Assembly: GCA_963820525.1 (NCBI GenBank)
Contig: CAWGAA010000001.1
Location: forward strand, 1,248,001 to 1,312,000
DNA: 64,000 nt
Direction: 5' to 3'
DNA from: an uncultured Spirochaetota bacterium
Lineage (GTDB): Bacteria; Spirochaetota; Spirochaetia; SZUA-6; Fen-1364
Shown here: in pieces, positions 19,721 through 30,358 of the stretch
How positions within the stretch are numbered: position 1 is the stretch's first letter
How the letters are laid out: each line of letters starts with the position of its first letter
The notes under the pieces: generated by a model
Database searches by the model: none
What the model saw: the letters and a program-made list of their open reading frames with translations, nothing else
What the model was told of the DNA's origin: nothing
Translations under genes and position numbers: made by a program

Positions 19721-19868
19721 GCGCTCCTCAGCGCATACTTGTCCAGGCGTGCCTGCTCCAATGTCCTCGGCTACAGGGCCCAAGCCGTGCCCCATGCTCT
19801 CGCGATTTGCCCATTGACGCCTTGATCAGCCCGGATATCATTGCGGTGAAAGATAACGGAGGAGAAAA

Positions 19869-20267
19869 ATGGCAAAGGCGAAGAAGGTGAAACAGTTGAG
19901 CCTTTTCCTTCCTGACAGGGTGGGTTTGCTCGCCGAGGTGAGCGCTCTGATCGCGAAAGCCAAGGTGAACATCAGCGCCATCTGCGCATACCAGTCCGAA
20001 GACAAAGCCCAGTTCCTGATCGTCGCCGAAAGCAACGCGAAGGCGAAAAAGGCGCTTGCCGCTCTCGGAGTCGAAGTCAAGGAAGAGGACGTGGTGTGCG
20101 TCGAGATGCCCAACAAGGCCGGCGAGCTTGCGAGAGTGGCGGGCAAGCTGGCTGACGCCGGCGTCAACATCAACTTCTCCTGGGCTACCGCCTTCGTGGG
20201 AAAGACATCCGCTTGGGTCATCAAGACATCGAACAACGCGAAGGCGATCACAGCGATTAACCGGTAG
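19869..20267 (+). CDS. Tandem ACT-domain protein
   Basis: KQLSLFLPDRVGLLAEV and EMPNKAGELARVAGKLADAGVNI. GGAGG RBS. Confidence 0.88.
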   Translation: MAKAKKVKQLSLFLPDRVGLLAEVSALIAKAKVNISAICAYQSEDKAQFLIVAESNAKAKKALAALGVEVKEEDVVCVEMPNKAGELARVAGKLADAGVNINFSWATAFVGKTSAWVIKTSNNAKAITAINR

Positions 20268-20339
20268 CGGCGGGTGCGGCACAACTTCCTTTTGTTTGAA
20301 GCTTCTCCCGATCGGCTCTGGCCCCGGGCGTCGGTACAG

Positions 20340-20530
20340 GCGGCGGAGCTTCGTCAGAGGAAACCGTGAACGCCGCGGAGCGGGCTTTCCTCCGTCAGAC
20401 TTTCGGGATTGTCGGGGTAGGCACCATAAGCAGTCGTGCTGCTTGCGACGATAAGCTTTTGCACACCGGCGCGCAAGGAGCATTCCAGGACGTTCTTGGT
20501 GCCGCGCACCTCGATATCGTGGGCGGCACG
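20340..20530 (-). pseudogene. NAD-dependent epimerase/dehydratase internal fragment
   Basis: HDIEVRGTKNVLE...KLIVASSTTAYGAYPDNP..LTEESPLRG. Confidence 0.65.
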
Positions 20531-20955
20531 GAGATTTCGCACGGGCGCTCCGGGCCTCCCAGTGAAGCGATCATCCGCATGGAAGGGATCGTTGTCATAT
20601 CGTATGAACCACGGGCCAGTTCCGCCACTTTCAGCGCGCTCTTCACATTCTCCGCCTCTGATAGCCGGCGTTGAAAGCTATAGCTGCTGTTCCCCACCCG
20701 CAACCACCCTAATGCACCTCGACGGCGTCAATATGTGGTTTCGCCCATGACATCCATTTCGCAGAGTACTCCGTACGGAACTTGGGAAGATCCACTTCAA
20801 CGCCGCCGCATTGGAAGCCGCTACCAAAGCCCTCACCATCGAGTGCTGGACCCTCGGGATCATCGTGGGCGGTGAGGATACTCGACGACGACGTGCTCAA
20901 TTTGTGGGAAACGCCGATTCTCTCCCGCACTCAACGTCAGGAAGCCATCCCGTCA

Positions 20956-21642
20956 TCAGTCCGAGCGGACGTGGATTCCCCGTCCGTCTATCACGTAGAG
21001 CTTTGCGCTGGTTGAGCCGTTATGGGGCTCCCGCGTTTCGAGGTACACGGGGCGGCCCCAGAGGGAGAAGATGTTCTCGAGGGTCTTGCGGCAGTACTCG
21101 TCGTCCAATGGAAGCCCCTCGTAGGCGTGGGAGAGGTAGAGCTGGATGCTGCCCTGGTAGTTGCCGTCCATCAACTGGACCCGCGGCACCCCCCAGTTCA
21201 TCATGCTCTGCACGAGGGTGCGTTTCACCTTCCTCCAATGCGTTTCCTCCACCACTGTTTTATAGTAGGTATCCTTGTCGTTCTCCACGTAGACGTAGAG
21301 CCCCAGCTTCTCGATGATCTCGCGGGTGAGAAACTCGTCGAGGAAGAACCAATCCATGTACGTCCTGCGGACGTCGAAGATCTTGCCCAGCCCCTGTCCG
21401 AGCCAGAGGTCCCAATTCTCCTTGGCCTGGAGGTTCCGCTCCCTCTCCCAATCCTGGCCGAAGCGCCCCTTGTTCCACCGGTCCTCGATGTCGCAGAACA
21501 TCGTGTAGCCCAGGAGATAGGGGTTGATCATCCGTGGATGATGAGCCTTGACGCGGGCGTTGTAGAGATTGTAGGCGCCGTGCTCCTCCGCGTCGAGGAA
21601 CTTGTCCGCAAAGAGCCTCTGCATGATCTTCTCGTGCCAGTA
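20956..21642 (-). pseudogene. SpoVR-family protein, 3' fragment abutting an IS91 end
   Basis: YWHEKIM...INPYLLG..MFCDIEDRWNKGRFG...LYLSHAYEGLPLD..LWGRPVYLET. The 5' part is replaced by the IS91 end. Confidence 0.85.
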
Positions 21643-22630
21643 AATGGTAGTAACGACTATAGCTCGCGACGGGAGCTTCGAGGAGGTCCAGACAGGAGTT
21701 TGGCCCCCCAGGACAGCAGGGCGGATGCACCTGACGGCGCAGGAAGCGCTGGCGCGATGCGTCGTGCAGGCAGGGCGGGGTGCAGAAGGCGATCGGAGTC
21801 TGCGCAAGGGTCAGTCGGCTGGCGTGAGGACAAGAATCTGGCGCGCGTGGGAACGAGGGGAGAAGATTCAACCCAGGGACGCGGCTTCAAGGCCCGGGGG
21901 AGCCGCGCCGGTCTTGATGAGGTGGCGGAGGATTCTGAGGATCTGCGGGGGATCGGTGATGACGGCCAGGACCCGCATCGGGGAACCACAACGGCGGCAG
22001 CGCAGCGGGCTCTCGCTGTTTGCTGCGCAAACAGCTGCCGCCTATGAGATCGACCTCGTAGATCTTTGCGAGCAGCCGAGCCCAGGCGGAGCGGGACTCC
22101 GTGGCGGACACGGACAGATTCGGCGTGTCCTGGGGGGCTGGGCCGAGGTGCAGAGCAGGCCGGGACTGGTGGTCCTTCTTCCAGCCGTCGGGAGCCAGGC
22201 GGAGGAGGTGGGGCTTGCGGGACCATGTGCCACGCGATCGCGAGGAATACAGGCCGTAGCGGCGAATGAACCTGGCCCCCGCGTCCGGAAGGTGTTGCAG
22301 GACCTCGACCAGGAACTCCGTCGCGGGGAACAGCTTGGAGTTTGTGCGGAAATAGGGATTGTACTCTGAGCGATACATGACGCTGCCAGCGTGTTCCTCC
22401 ACGAGCATCTTCTTCAGCGACACAGGCGGACGCGCTGTGTACTGCGCGAAGGCCTCCCGCGCCTTGGAGGAGGTGGCGGGGATCTTGACCGAGAGGTCCA
22501 CGCGGAACCCGCTGTGTGTCCAGTCCAGCATATTCCTAGCCAGCCGCTTGTTGAGCAGGGTATGTTTCAGGAAAAAGTCGACCATGCCGGCGCGGAAGTA
22601 CTGACTGAGCTTGGCCAGATCGAGGGAAGG
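21643..22630 (-). mobile_element. IS91-family element, partial copy 2
   Basis: Near-identical to 52608-53555. Same 40-bp insertion at 22009-22048 and truncated mid-transposase. Confidence 0.88.
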
Positions 22631-22922
22631 AAACGGATTTAATAGCAAAAAGTCGTCTCATATGGAGAACACTCTGAATGCGAAAGATGTCCAGGACCTT
22701 CTAGCAAAGAACATTCGGGCAGCCAGAAAGCGACTAGGCATCACCCAGAGCAGGCTCGCAAAGAAAGCCGACTTGTCAGTAGGTTACATGAACGATGTGG
22801 AACGTGCCCGCCGCTGGGTCGGTGCAGCAACTTTAGCCCGGCTTGCCAGCGTGCTTCATTTACAACCCTACCAGTTTTTTCTAGAAGATGGGGACGGGAA
22901 GATCGACATTCACAGGATGCTA

Positions 22923-24092
22923 GTGTGATGTCCCATAAATAACTTTACAGAAAGCGCCGTTTGTGCTACTCTCCCTGCCATACTATCCTAGAAGGGAGAA
23001 CGGTCTATGGCAGCGAGGAACGTGGCCAGACCCATCACTATGGACGCTGACACTCGTCAGCAAGTCGAAGCCTTCGCGCGATCCCGCAGTCTGCCCCATG
23101 CGCTGGTAGTTCGAGCGAAGGTCATCCTCATGGCCTGCGCGGGGATGAAGAGTATCGACATTGCCGCGAAGATTGGCCTCAGTCGTGTGAGCGTGGGCAA
23201 GTGGCGCACCCGGTTCGCTAAAGGCGGTTTGAACGGGTTGTATGAGGAGCTACGGCCCGGACGACCTCGACAAATTGAGGAAGAGCGGATTGCGGCTCTG
23301 ATCACCAAGACACTTCGTAGCACGCCACGGGGACAGACGCACTGGAGCTGTCGGACGATGTCGGAATCGGTCGGGTTGTCGAAATCCACGGTGCAACGAG
23401 TGTGGAACGCCTTTGGGGTCCAGCCGCACCGCCAGAGTCAGTTCAAGCTGTCCAACGATCCGTTTTTTGTGGAGAAGGTGCGGGATATCGTGGGGCTGTA
23501 CCTTCATCCTCCACAGCATGCGATGGTGTTGTGTGTTGACGAGAAGAGCCAGTGTCAGGCTTTGGAGCGGTCACAACCATCGCTTCCGCTAGGGCTGGGA
23601 TATGTGCAGGGTTACACGCACGATTACGTGCGCCATGGGACCACGACGTTGTTTGCGGCGCTAGATATCGCCAACGGGCAGGTATTGACGCAATGCCGGC
23701 CGCACCATCGGCATCAGGAGTTCCTCAGTTTTCTGCGGTTGATCGACCGCAATGTTCCCGAAGGACTTGAGGTCCATCTCGTTGTCGACAACTATAGCAG
23801 CCATAAGCATGCTGCGATCAAGGGTTGGCTTGCGCGTCACGAACGATTCCACTTTCATTTCACGCCCAATTACTCCTCATGGTTGAACCAGGTAGAGCGA
23901 TGGTTCTCCCTGATCACCCAGCGGGCTATTCGCCGGGGTTCATTCGGCAGCGTCAAGGAGCTGGTTGCAAAGATCGACGAGTTCGTGCAGGCCCACAACG
24001 AGGACTCCACGCCTTTCATCTGGCACGCCACCGCTGAGTCAATCCTGGAGAAACTGAGCCGGCTGTGCCAAGCTATTTCCGGGACAGGACAC
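22923..24092 (+). mobile_element. IS630-family insertion sequence
   Basis: TA duplicated at 22921-22922 and 24093-24094. Imperfect IRs GTGTGATGTCCC / GGGACAGGACAC. Confidence 0.9.
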
Positions 24093-24095
24093 TAG
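23007..24095 (+). CDS. IS630-family transposase
   Basis: CVDEKS, YVRHGTTTLFAAL, VVDNYSSH, SSWLNQVERWF. Confidence 0.95.
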   Translation: MAARNVARPITMDADTRQQVEAFARSRSLPHALVVRAKVILMACAGMKSIDIAAKIGLSRVSVGKWRTRFAKGGLNGLYEELRPGRPRQIEEERIAALITKTLRSTPRGQTHWSCRTMSESVGLSKSTVQRVWNAFGVQPHRQSQFKLSNDPFFVEKVRDIVGLYLHPPQHAMVLCVDEKSQCQALERSQPSLPLGLGYVQGYTHDYVRHGTTTLFAALDIANGQVLTQCRPHHRHQEFLSFLRLIDRNVPEGLEVHLVVDNYSSHKHAAIKGWLARHERFHFHFTPNYSSWLNQVERWFSLITQRAIRRGSFGSVKELVAKIDEFVQAHNEDSTPFIWHATAESILEKLSRLCQAISGTGH

Positions 24096-24488
24096 CTGAG
24101 ATTCTTGCCGAATTGCGAACCGCAATCGATTTGGGCATCGAGCGGATCATCATGGGGCACGCTGGCTTGAGGCATCGTAGTAAGAGAGATTCGGGGAGAT
24201 CTGCTCGATAGTGCATAGACTGCCTCTTATCATATGGACGCGAGGGCGACTGTCAAAGCAAAGCAAGGTCGGCTCAGGCATCGGTTTGGAGGGGTTCTCT
24301 TGCCCCAATTTCTAGATTATTCATCCTCTTTCCCTCTACATCAGGGTCGCGTTACGGGTGGCGTCGGGATGGGATCTTGCCCTGCGCCAACGGGACGTTT
24401 ATAGTAGGTTCTAGCGTTCAGGTGTCACCTCTCTGCTTTTTGACCGTGCTATTGGCACAGGCGAAATGTTACCCGTGGCGGAGGACAA

Positions 24489-27400
24489 GTGAGCCTACGA
24501 CAAACTTTTTCTAACCCATTCTTCGAGCACCCCGTTCTGAACTCCCCTTATGCGATTCCTACTCGGCATTGGGAACTTGATACAAATGGGCAACCTACCC
24601 AGCAAATCATTGAACGTCGGCGTCGGGCAGAGTTTATCACACCGATCCCGAAGCCGAAGAAGCACAAGAAGGCTGCCAAGCAGGATGAGTTCGTTTTCGA
24701 CGAAGGAAAGGGGCTTTCAACAAAGGAACAGCAATACGATCCCACTTCGATTATCAACGAAGTGCGCGGACACGTGGACGCTTGGCGTTCCTTGCCCCCT
24801 AATCACTGGCAAGTCACACCAGAAACGGCCCGTCTTCTTCAGCATTGGCGTTACCATGAGTTCAACAGTGTCCGTCCGTTTTTCTGCCAGGTCGAAGCGG
24901 CGGAAACCGTCATATGGCTTATTGAGGTCGCGCCCCAATTTAAAGATGGGAAGCGCTTGCTCGGTCATCTCGCTTCCGCGAACTCGGACGCCAACCCGGA
25001 GCTGATGCGACTTGCGCTGAAGCTTGCAACCGGTGCCGGTAAAACGACGGTGATGGCAATGATCATCGCATGGCAGACGGTCAACGCGGTGCGTCGGCCT
25101 GGCAGCGGGCATTTCACCCGCGGCTTTCTGGTTTGCACTCCTGGCTTGACGATCAAGGATAGGTTGCGAGTCCTTCAGCCATTCGACCCCGACTGTTACT
25201 ATGCAAGCCGGGAACTCGTTCCCAACGACATGCTCGACGATGTGAACAGGGCCAAAATCGTTATAACCAATTTCCATGCTTTCAAACTTAGAGAACGCGT
25301 GGAACTGTCCGCCGGTGGCCGCTCGCTTCTCCAAGGTCGTACCGGTGCCGAACTCAATACGTTGGAGACCGAGGGCCAGATGCTCCAACGCGTAATGCCC
25401 GATCTAATGGGAATAAAGAACATTCTCGTAATCAACGATGAAGCGCACCACTGCTACCGTGAGAAGCCGACCGCTGTTGACGCAGGCGATCTGAAAGGCG
25501 ACGAGAGAAGGGAGGCGGAGAAGAACAATGAAGCCGCCCGCGTTTGGATTTCCGGCCTCGAAGCAGTGAAACGCAAGCTTGGCGTCAATCGTGTCATTGA
25601 CCTATCTGCAACGCCGTTTTTTCTTCGCGGCTCGGGATACGCTGAGGGAACTCTGTTCCCATGGGCGATGAGCGATTTTTCGCTCATGGATTCAATCGAG
25701 TGCGGCATCGTCAAACTTCCGCGTGTCCCGGTTGCAGAGAATATTCCCGGCGACGAGATGCCAATGTTTCGCAATCTCTGGGAGAACATTCGCAAAGATA
25801 TGCCCAAGAAGGGACGCCGGCAAGGTGAGGAACTCGACCCGCTCAAGCTCCCGACTCGGTTGCAGACCGCGCTTCAGGCGCTGTACGGCCACTACGAGAA
25901 GACCTTCAAGCTTTGGGAAGAGAAGGGAATCAATGTTCCCCCGTGTTTTATTATTGTCTGCCAGAACACCTCCATCTCAAAGCTCGTCTATGACTACGTC
26001 TCCGGCTTCCAGCGAAAGAACGACGACGGCTCCACCACCTTGGAGAACGGGCGTCTTGCCTTGTTTCGCAATTTCGATGAAACTACGGGCAACCCACTTC
26101 CGCGTCCGAATACAATCCTCATCGACAGCGAGCAGCTCGAAGCAGGGGACGCTCTCGACGAGAACTTTCGCGCCATGGCTTCAGATGAGATTGAGCGGTT
26201 TCGCCGTGAGATCATCGAGCGCACCGGAGATTTGCGTGCCGGTGAAAATATCAGCGACCAGGAACTTCTGCGCGAGGTTATGAACACCGTCGGAAAGCCC
26301 GGCCAGCTTGGTGGTTCCATCCACTGTGTCGTTTCGGTTTCAATGCTCACCGAGGGCTGGGATGCCAATACCGTAACCCACGTCCTCGGCATCCGCGCCT
26401 TCGGCACCCAACTTCTGTGCGAGCAGGTGATTGGTCGGGCGTTGCGTCGCCAGTCTTACGATCTCAACGAAGAGGGACTCTTCAACGTTGAATATGCTGA
26501 TGTCTTTGGCGTTCCGTTCGACTTCACCGCCAAACCAGTCATCGCCCCACCGCAACCGCCGCGTGAGACGATTCAAGTTAAGGCAGTTAGCCCAGAACGC
26601 GACATCCTTGAAATCCGCTTTCCTCGCGTTGAAGGCTATCGCGTTGAGTTGCCGGAGGAACGTCTGAGCGCCAAGTTCAACGATGACTCCGTCCTCGTTC
26701 TTAGCCCTGAAATCGTAGGCCCGTCCATTACAAGAAACCAGGGCATCATTGGCAAGAGCGTAGACATGCGCCTCGATCATCTGGGCGACATGCGGCCCTC
26801 TTCGCTGGTGTTTTACGTTACCCAACGGCTGCTTTACACGAAATGGCGTGACCCCGGCGAGGAACCGAAGCTGCACCTTTTTGGTCAGCTCAAACGCATC
26901 ACAAAGCAATGGCTAGACACGTGCCTTGTGTGTAATGGAGGCACCTATCCAGCGCTTCTCATGTATCAGGAACTTGCCGACATGGCCTGCAACAGGATCA
27001 ACGCAGCCATCACCAGCCAGTTCCTTGGAGAGCGTCCTATCAAGGCGTTGCTCGATCCTTACAATCCCAGCGGCTCCACGATGCACGTTCGCTTTAATAC
27101 CTCCCGGAAAGAACTATGGGACACAAGTGGTCCGCCGCCAAAAAACCATGTTAACTGGGTAGTGCTTGATAGCGACTGGGAGGCTGAGTTTTGTCGGGTC
27201 GCTGAATCGCATCCCAAAGTGATTGCTTACACCAAGAATCAGAACCTGGGGTTTGAAGTTCCGTATCGCTACGGCTCCGAGACACGGAAGTATTTACCCG
27301 ACTTCATCGTGTTGGTCGATGACGGCCAGCGACCGGACGATCCGCTTCAGCTCGTAGTCGAAATCAAGGGCTACCGACGCGAGGACGCTAAGGAGAAGAA

Positions 27401-27566
27401 GTCAGCTATGGAGACCTACTGGGTGCCTGGCGTGAACCATCTTGGTAGCTATGGCCGCTGGGCATTCGCTGAGTTCACGGAGATCTATCAGATCGAGGCC
27501 GATTTCAAGACCAAGGTCGAAAGCGAGTTCAATAAGATGATTGAGTCTGTTGCGAATAAGCAATAA
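24489..27566 (+). CDS. res: Type III restriction endonuclease subunit (BPTD_3080-like)
   Basis: LATGAGKT, INDEAHH, SATP, MLTEGWD and C-terminal YLPDF...VEIKG nuclease. Confidence 0.9.
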   Translation: MSLRQTFSNPFFEHPVLNSPYAIPTRHWELDTNGQPTQQIIERRRRAEFITPIPKPKKHKKAAKQDEFVFDEGKGLSTKEQQYDPTSIINEVRGHVDAWRSLPPNHWQVTPETARLLQHWRYHEFNSVRPFFCQVEAAETVIWLIEVAPQFKDGKRLLGHLASANSDANPELMRLALKLATGAGKTTVMAMIIAWQTVNAVRRPGSGHFTRGFLVCTPGLTIKDRLRVLQPFDPDCYYASRELVPNDMLDDVNRAKIVITNFHAFKLRERVELSAGGRSLLQGRTGAELNTLETEGQMLQRVMPDLMGIKNILVINDEAHHCYREKPTAVDAGDLKGDERREAEKNNEAARVWISGLEAVKRKLGVNRVIDLSATPFFLRGSGYAEGTLFPWAMSDFSLMDSIECGIVKLPRVPVAENIPGDEMPMFRNLWENIRKDMPKKGRRQGEELDPLKLPTRLQTALQALYGHYEKTFKLWEEKGINVPPCFIIVCQNTSISKLVYDYVSGFQRKNDDGSTTLENGRLALFRNFDETTGNPLPRPNTILIDSEQLEAGDALDENFRAMASDEIERFRREIIERTGDLRAGENISDQELLREVMNTVGKPGQLGGSIHCVVSVSMLTEGWDANTVTHVLGIRAFGTQLLCEQVIGRALRRQSYDLNEEGLFNVEYADVFGVPFDFTAKPVIAPPQPPRETIQVKAVSPERDILEIRFPRVEGYRVELPEERLSAKFNDDSVLVLSPEIVGPSITRNQGIIGKSVDMRLDHLGDMRPSSLVFYVTQRLLYTKWRDPGEEPKLHLFGQLKRITKQWLDTCLVCNGGTYPALLMYQELADMACNRINAAITSQFLGERPIKALLDPYNPSGSTMHVRFNTSRKELWDTSGPPPKNHVNWVVLDSDWEAEFCRVAESHPKVIAYTKNQNLGFEVPYRYGSETRKYLPDFIVLVDDGQRPDDPLQLVVEIKGYRREDAKEKKSAMETYWVPGVNHLGSYGRWAFAEFTEIYQIEADFKTKVESEFNKMIESVANKQ

Positions 27567-27582
27567 TGGAGATCAAGTAGCA

Positions 27583-30354
27583 ATGGCCAAGAAATCCACC
27601 GCAAAGACAGTTGAAGCCTTCAAGCACGAGGCCGATAAGCGGAAGAACATCCCTACGGCTGAGTTTCAGTCCGTCCTCAAGCCAGACGAGCAGAAACCCG
27701 TGAAGGTGCGATACCCACGTAACACCGACCTGGACCCCCAGTTGGTCTGGCGCGGTAAGGATGAGCAGGACTGGAGCGATCTCGTTGTCCACGCGCCGCC
27801 TCTCTACATCCAAGAGAAGGTTCTACCCAAAGTGCTCATCGACGACCTGCTCCGCGATACGAGGGAACGCGAACATGAGGCCGGAATGACTACGCCTGAT
27901 CTGTTCGCAGACTTCAACGGCATCCCAAAGGGCGTTGACAAGACAGAGTTCTACCAGCACGACCAGAACTGGAGTAATCGGATGATTCTCGGTGACTCGC
28001 TCCAAGTCATGGCCAGCCTGGCAGAGCGTGAGGGCTTGCGTGGCAAGGTGCAGTGCATCTACATCGACCCGCCCTACGGAATCAAGTTCAACAGCAACTT
28101 TCAGTGGTCCACCACCAGCCGCGATGTGAAGGACGGCAAGGCAGACCATATCACCCGCGAGCCAGAGCAGGTTAAAGCTTTCCGCGACACTTGGCGTGAC
28201 GGCATCCACAGCTACTTGGCCTATCTTCGAGACCGCCTCACTGTCGCCCGCGATCTGCTCGCTGAGTCCGGTTCCATTTTCGTTCAGATCAGTGATGAGA
28301 ACGTGCATCGTGTTCGTGCGGTGATGGATGAAGTCCTTGGAGATGCCAATTTCTGTGCGGTTATCTCCTTCGCCAAGACGACGGGACAAACCACAAAGGT
28401 GCTTTCGCAGACGGCAGACTCGATCCTGTGGTATGCCAAACAAGGCTCGGCGGTGAAGCACAGGGCCTATTCGACTCTCGAAAGCCCATAGAAAATCCAA
28501 ACGAACGCTATGTGTGCGTCGAAACGGCGGATGGCCGGATTATCGACCTAAGTGTCAGGCAAAAAACTGGCGAAATGCCCATTCCAAAGGGAAGAATTCT
28601 TCGTCTAGACAATCTAACATCACAAACGGGAGGGGACTCTAGGCAGGTTTACCGTTGCGTTCCAGTCAGGCGACTACGTGCCCTACACCAATCGTGGTTG
28701 GTCAACCAGCCGCACAGGCATAGAGCGCCTAAGGCGAGCCGACTTTCTCGTTGCAGTGGGCAAGTCTCTGCTCTGGAAAAGTTACCGGGATGTGTTCTTG
28801 TTCAAGCCTATCACGACCGATTGGCAAGCTCTGAAACCCTCTGGCTTCGGCGACGAGAAGGTCTATGTTGTTCAAACGACTCCGGAGGTTATTGCGCGCT
28901 GCATCCTAATGACGACTGATCCGGGGGACTTAGTTCTAGACCCCACCTGCGGTGGTGGCACCACAGCCTATGTAGCCGAGCAATGGGGACGCCGCTGGAT
29001 CACGATAGACACCTCGCGAGTGGCGCTGGCGCTGGCCCGTGCCCGTATTATGGGTGCGCGCTATCCATTTTATCTTTTGGCCGACTCCCGTGAAGGCCAG
29101 TTCAAGGAAGCCGAGATCACTAGCAGCGCGCCATCTTCGCAGCCGACGCACGGAAACGTCCGGCACGGCTTCATCTATGAGCGTGTTCCGCACGTCACCC
29201 TCAAGTCAATCGCTAACAATGCAGAGATCGATGTCATCTCGGACAAATGGAATGTCGTGCTTGAGCCGTTGCGTGAGAGGTTGAGCGCCGCACTCAAGGA
29301 GCAGTGGCAGGAGTGGGAGATTCCGCGTGAAGCGGACAAAGCCTGGTCAGAGCCAGTGAAGAAACTGCACGCCGATTGGTGGCAGGCCCGCATCGCCCGA
29401 CAGAGGGAGATCGACAAGTCAATCGCCGCCAAAGCGGAGTTTGAATACCTCTACGACAGGCCCTATGAGGATAAGAAAAAGGTCCGCGTGGCCGGTCCCT
29501 TCACCGTGGAGAGCCTCAGCCCTCATCGGGTTTTGGGTGTGGATGAGAACGACGAACTGCTCGGTGTAGTGCGGGAAGACGACGCCAAAGGTTCTTTCCC
29601 CCAGATGATCCTTGAGAACCTCAAGACCGCGGGCGTTCAACAGGCGCACAAGGATGACCGGATCACATTCACAGCCCTTACTCCATGGCCTGGGGAGTTG
29701 ATCTGCGCTGAAGGTCGTTACATGGAGGGCGAGACCGAGAAACGGGCCGCAATCTTCATTGGTCCAGAGTTTGGCACAGTCCAGCGCGCCGACCTCGTTG
29801 CCGCTGCCCGTGAAGCGGGGGATGCCGGGTTCGATGTTCTCATTGCTTGCGCCTTTAATTACGAGGCGCACACTACAGAGTTCACCAAACTGGGTCGCAT
29901 TCCAGTGCTCAAGGCCCGCATGAACGCCGACCTCCACATGGCGGAGGACCTCAAGAATACGGGCAAGGGGAACCTCTTCGTCATCTTTGGCGAGCCGGAC
30001 ATCACCCTAATCAATGAGAAGGACGGCAAACTATGTGTGAAGGTGAACGGCGTGGATGTATTCAAACCTCAAACCGGAGAGGTTATCAGTGACAATGCTG
30101 ACGGCATTGCTTGCTGGTTCATCGACACCGACTACAACGGAGAAAGTTTTTTCGTTCGTCATGCCTATTTCCTAGGTACTAACGATCCCTACAACTCCTT
30201 GAAAACGACGCTGAAGGCGGAAATCGATCCGGAAGCCTGGGCAAGCCTAAATAGCGACATCTCACGGCCTTTTGAACGGCCAAAGAACGGCCGCATTGCT
30301 GTGAAGGTAATCAACCATCTTGGTGACGAGGTGATGAAAATCTTCAAAGTGTGA
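27583..30354 (+). CDS. mod: Type III DNA methyltransferase subunit with two apparent frameshifts (about 28463 and 28642)
   Basis: YIDPPYG (motif IV), LDPTCGGGTT (motif I), IAVKVINHLGDE terminus. Three consecutive frames splice into one protein. Confidence 0.85.
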
Positions 30355-30358
30355 TGCC

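Larger units (their letters stand above)
22662..24211 (+). pseudogene. XRE-family HTH regulator split by IS630
   Basis: LAKNIRAARKRLGITQSRLAKKADLSVGYMNDVER. Removing the IS restores HRML-AEILAELRTAIDLG...SAR*. Confidence 0.8.

Noticed and set aside
20530..20950. Additional short coding-like fragments between the epimerase and SpoVR remnants
   Set aside because: They look like gene debris, but I could not assign a family with any confidence.
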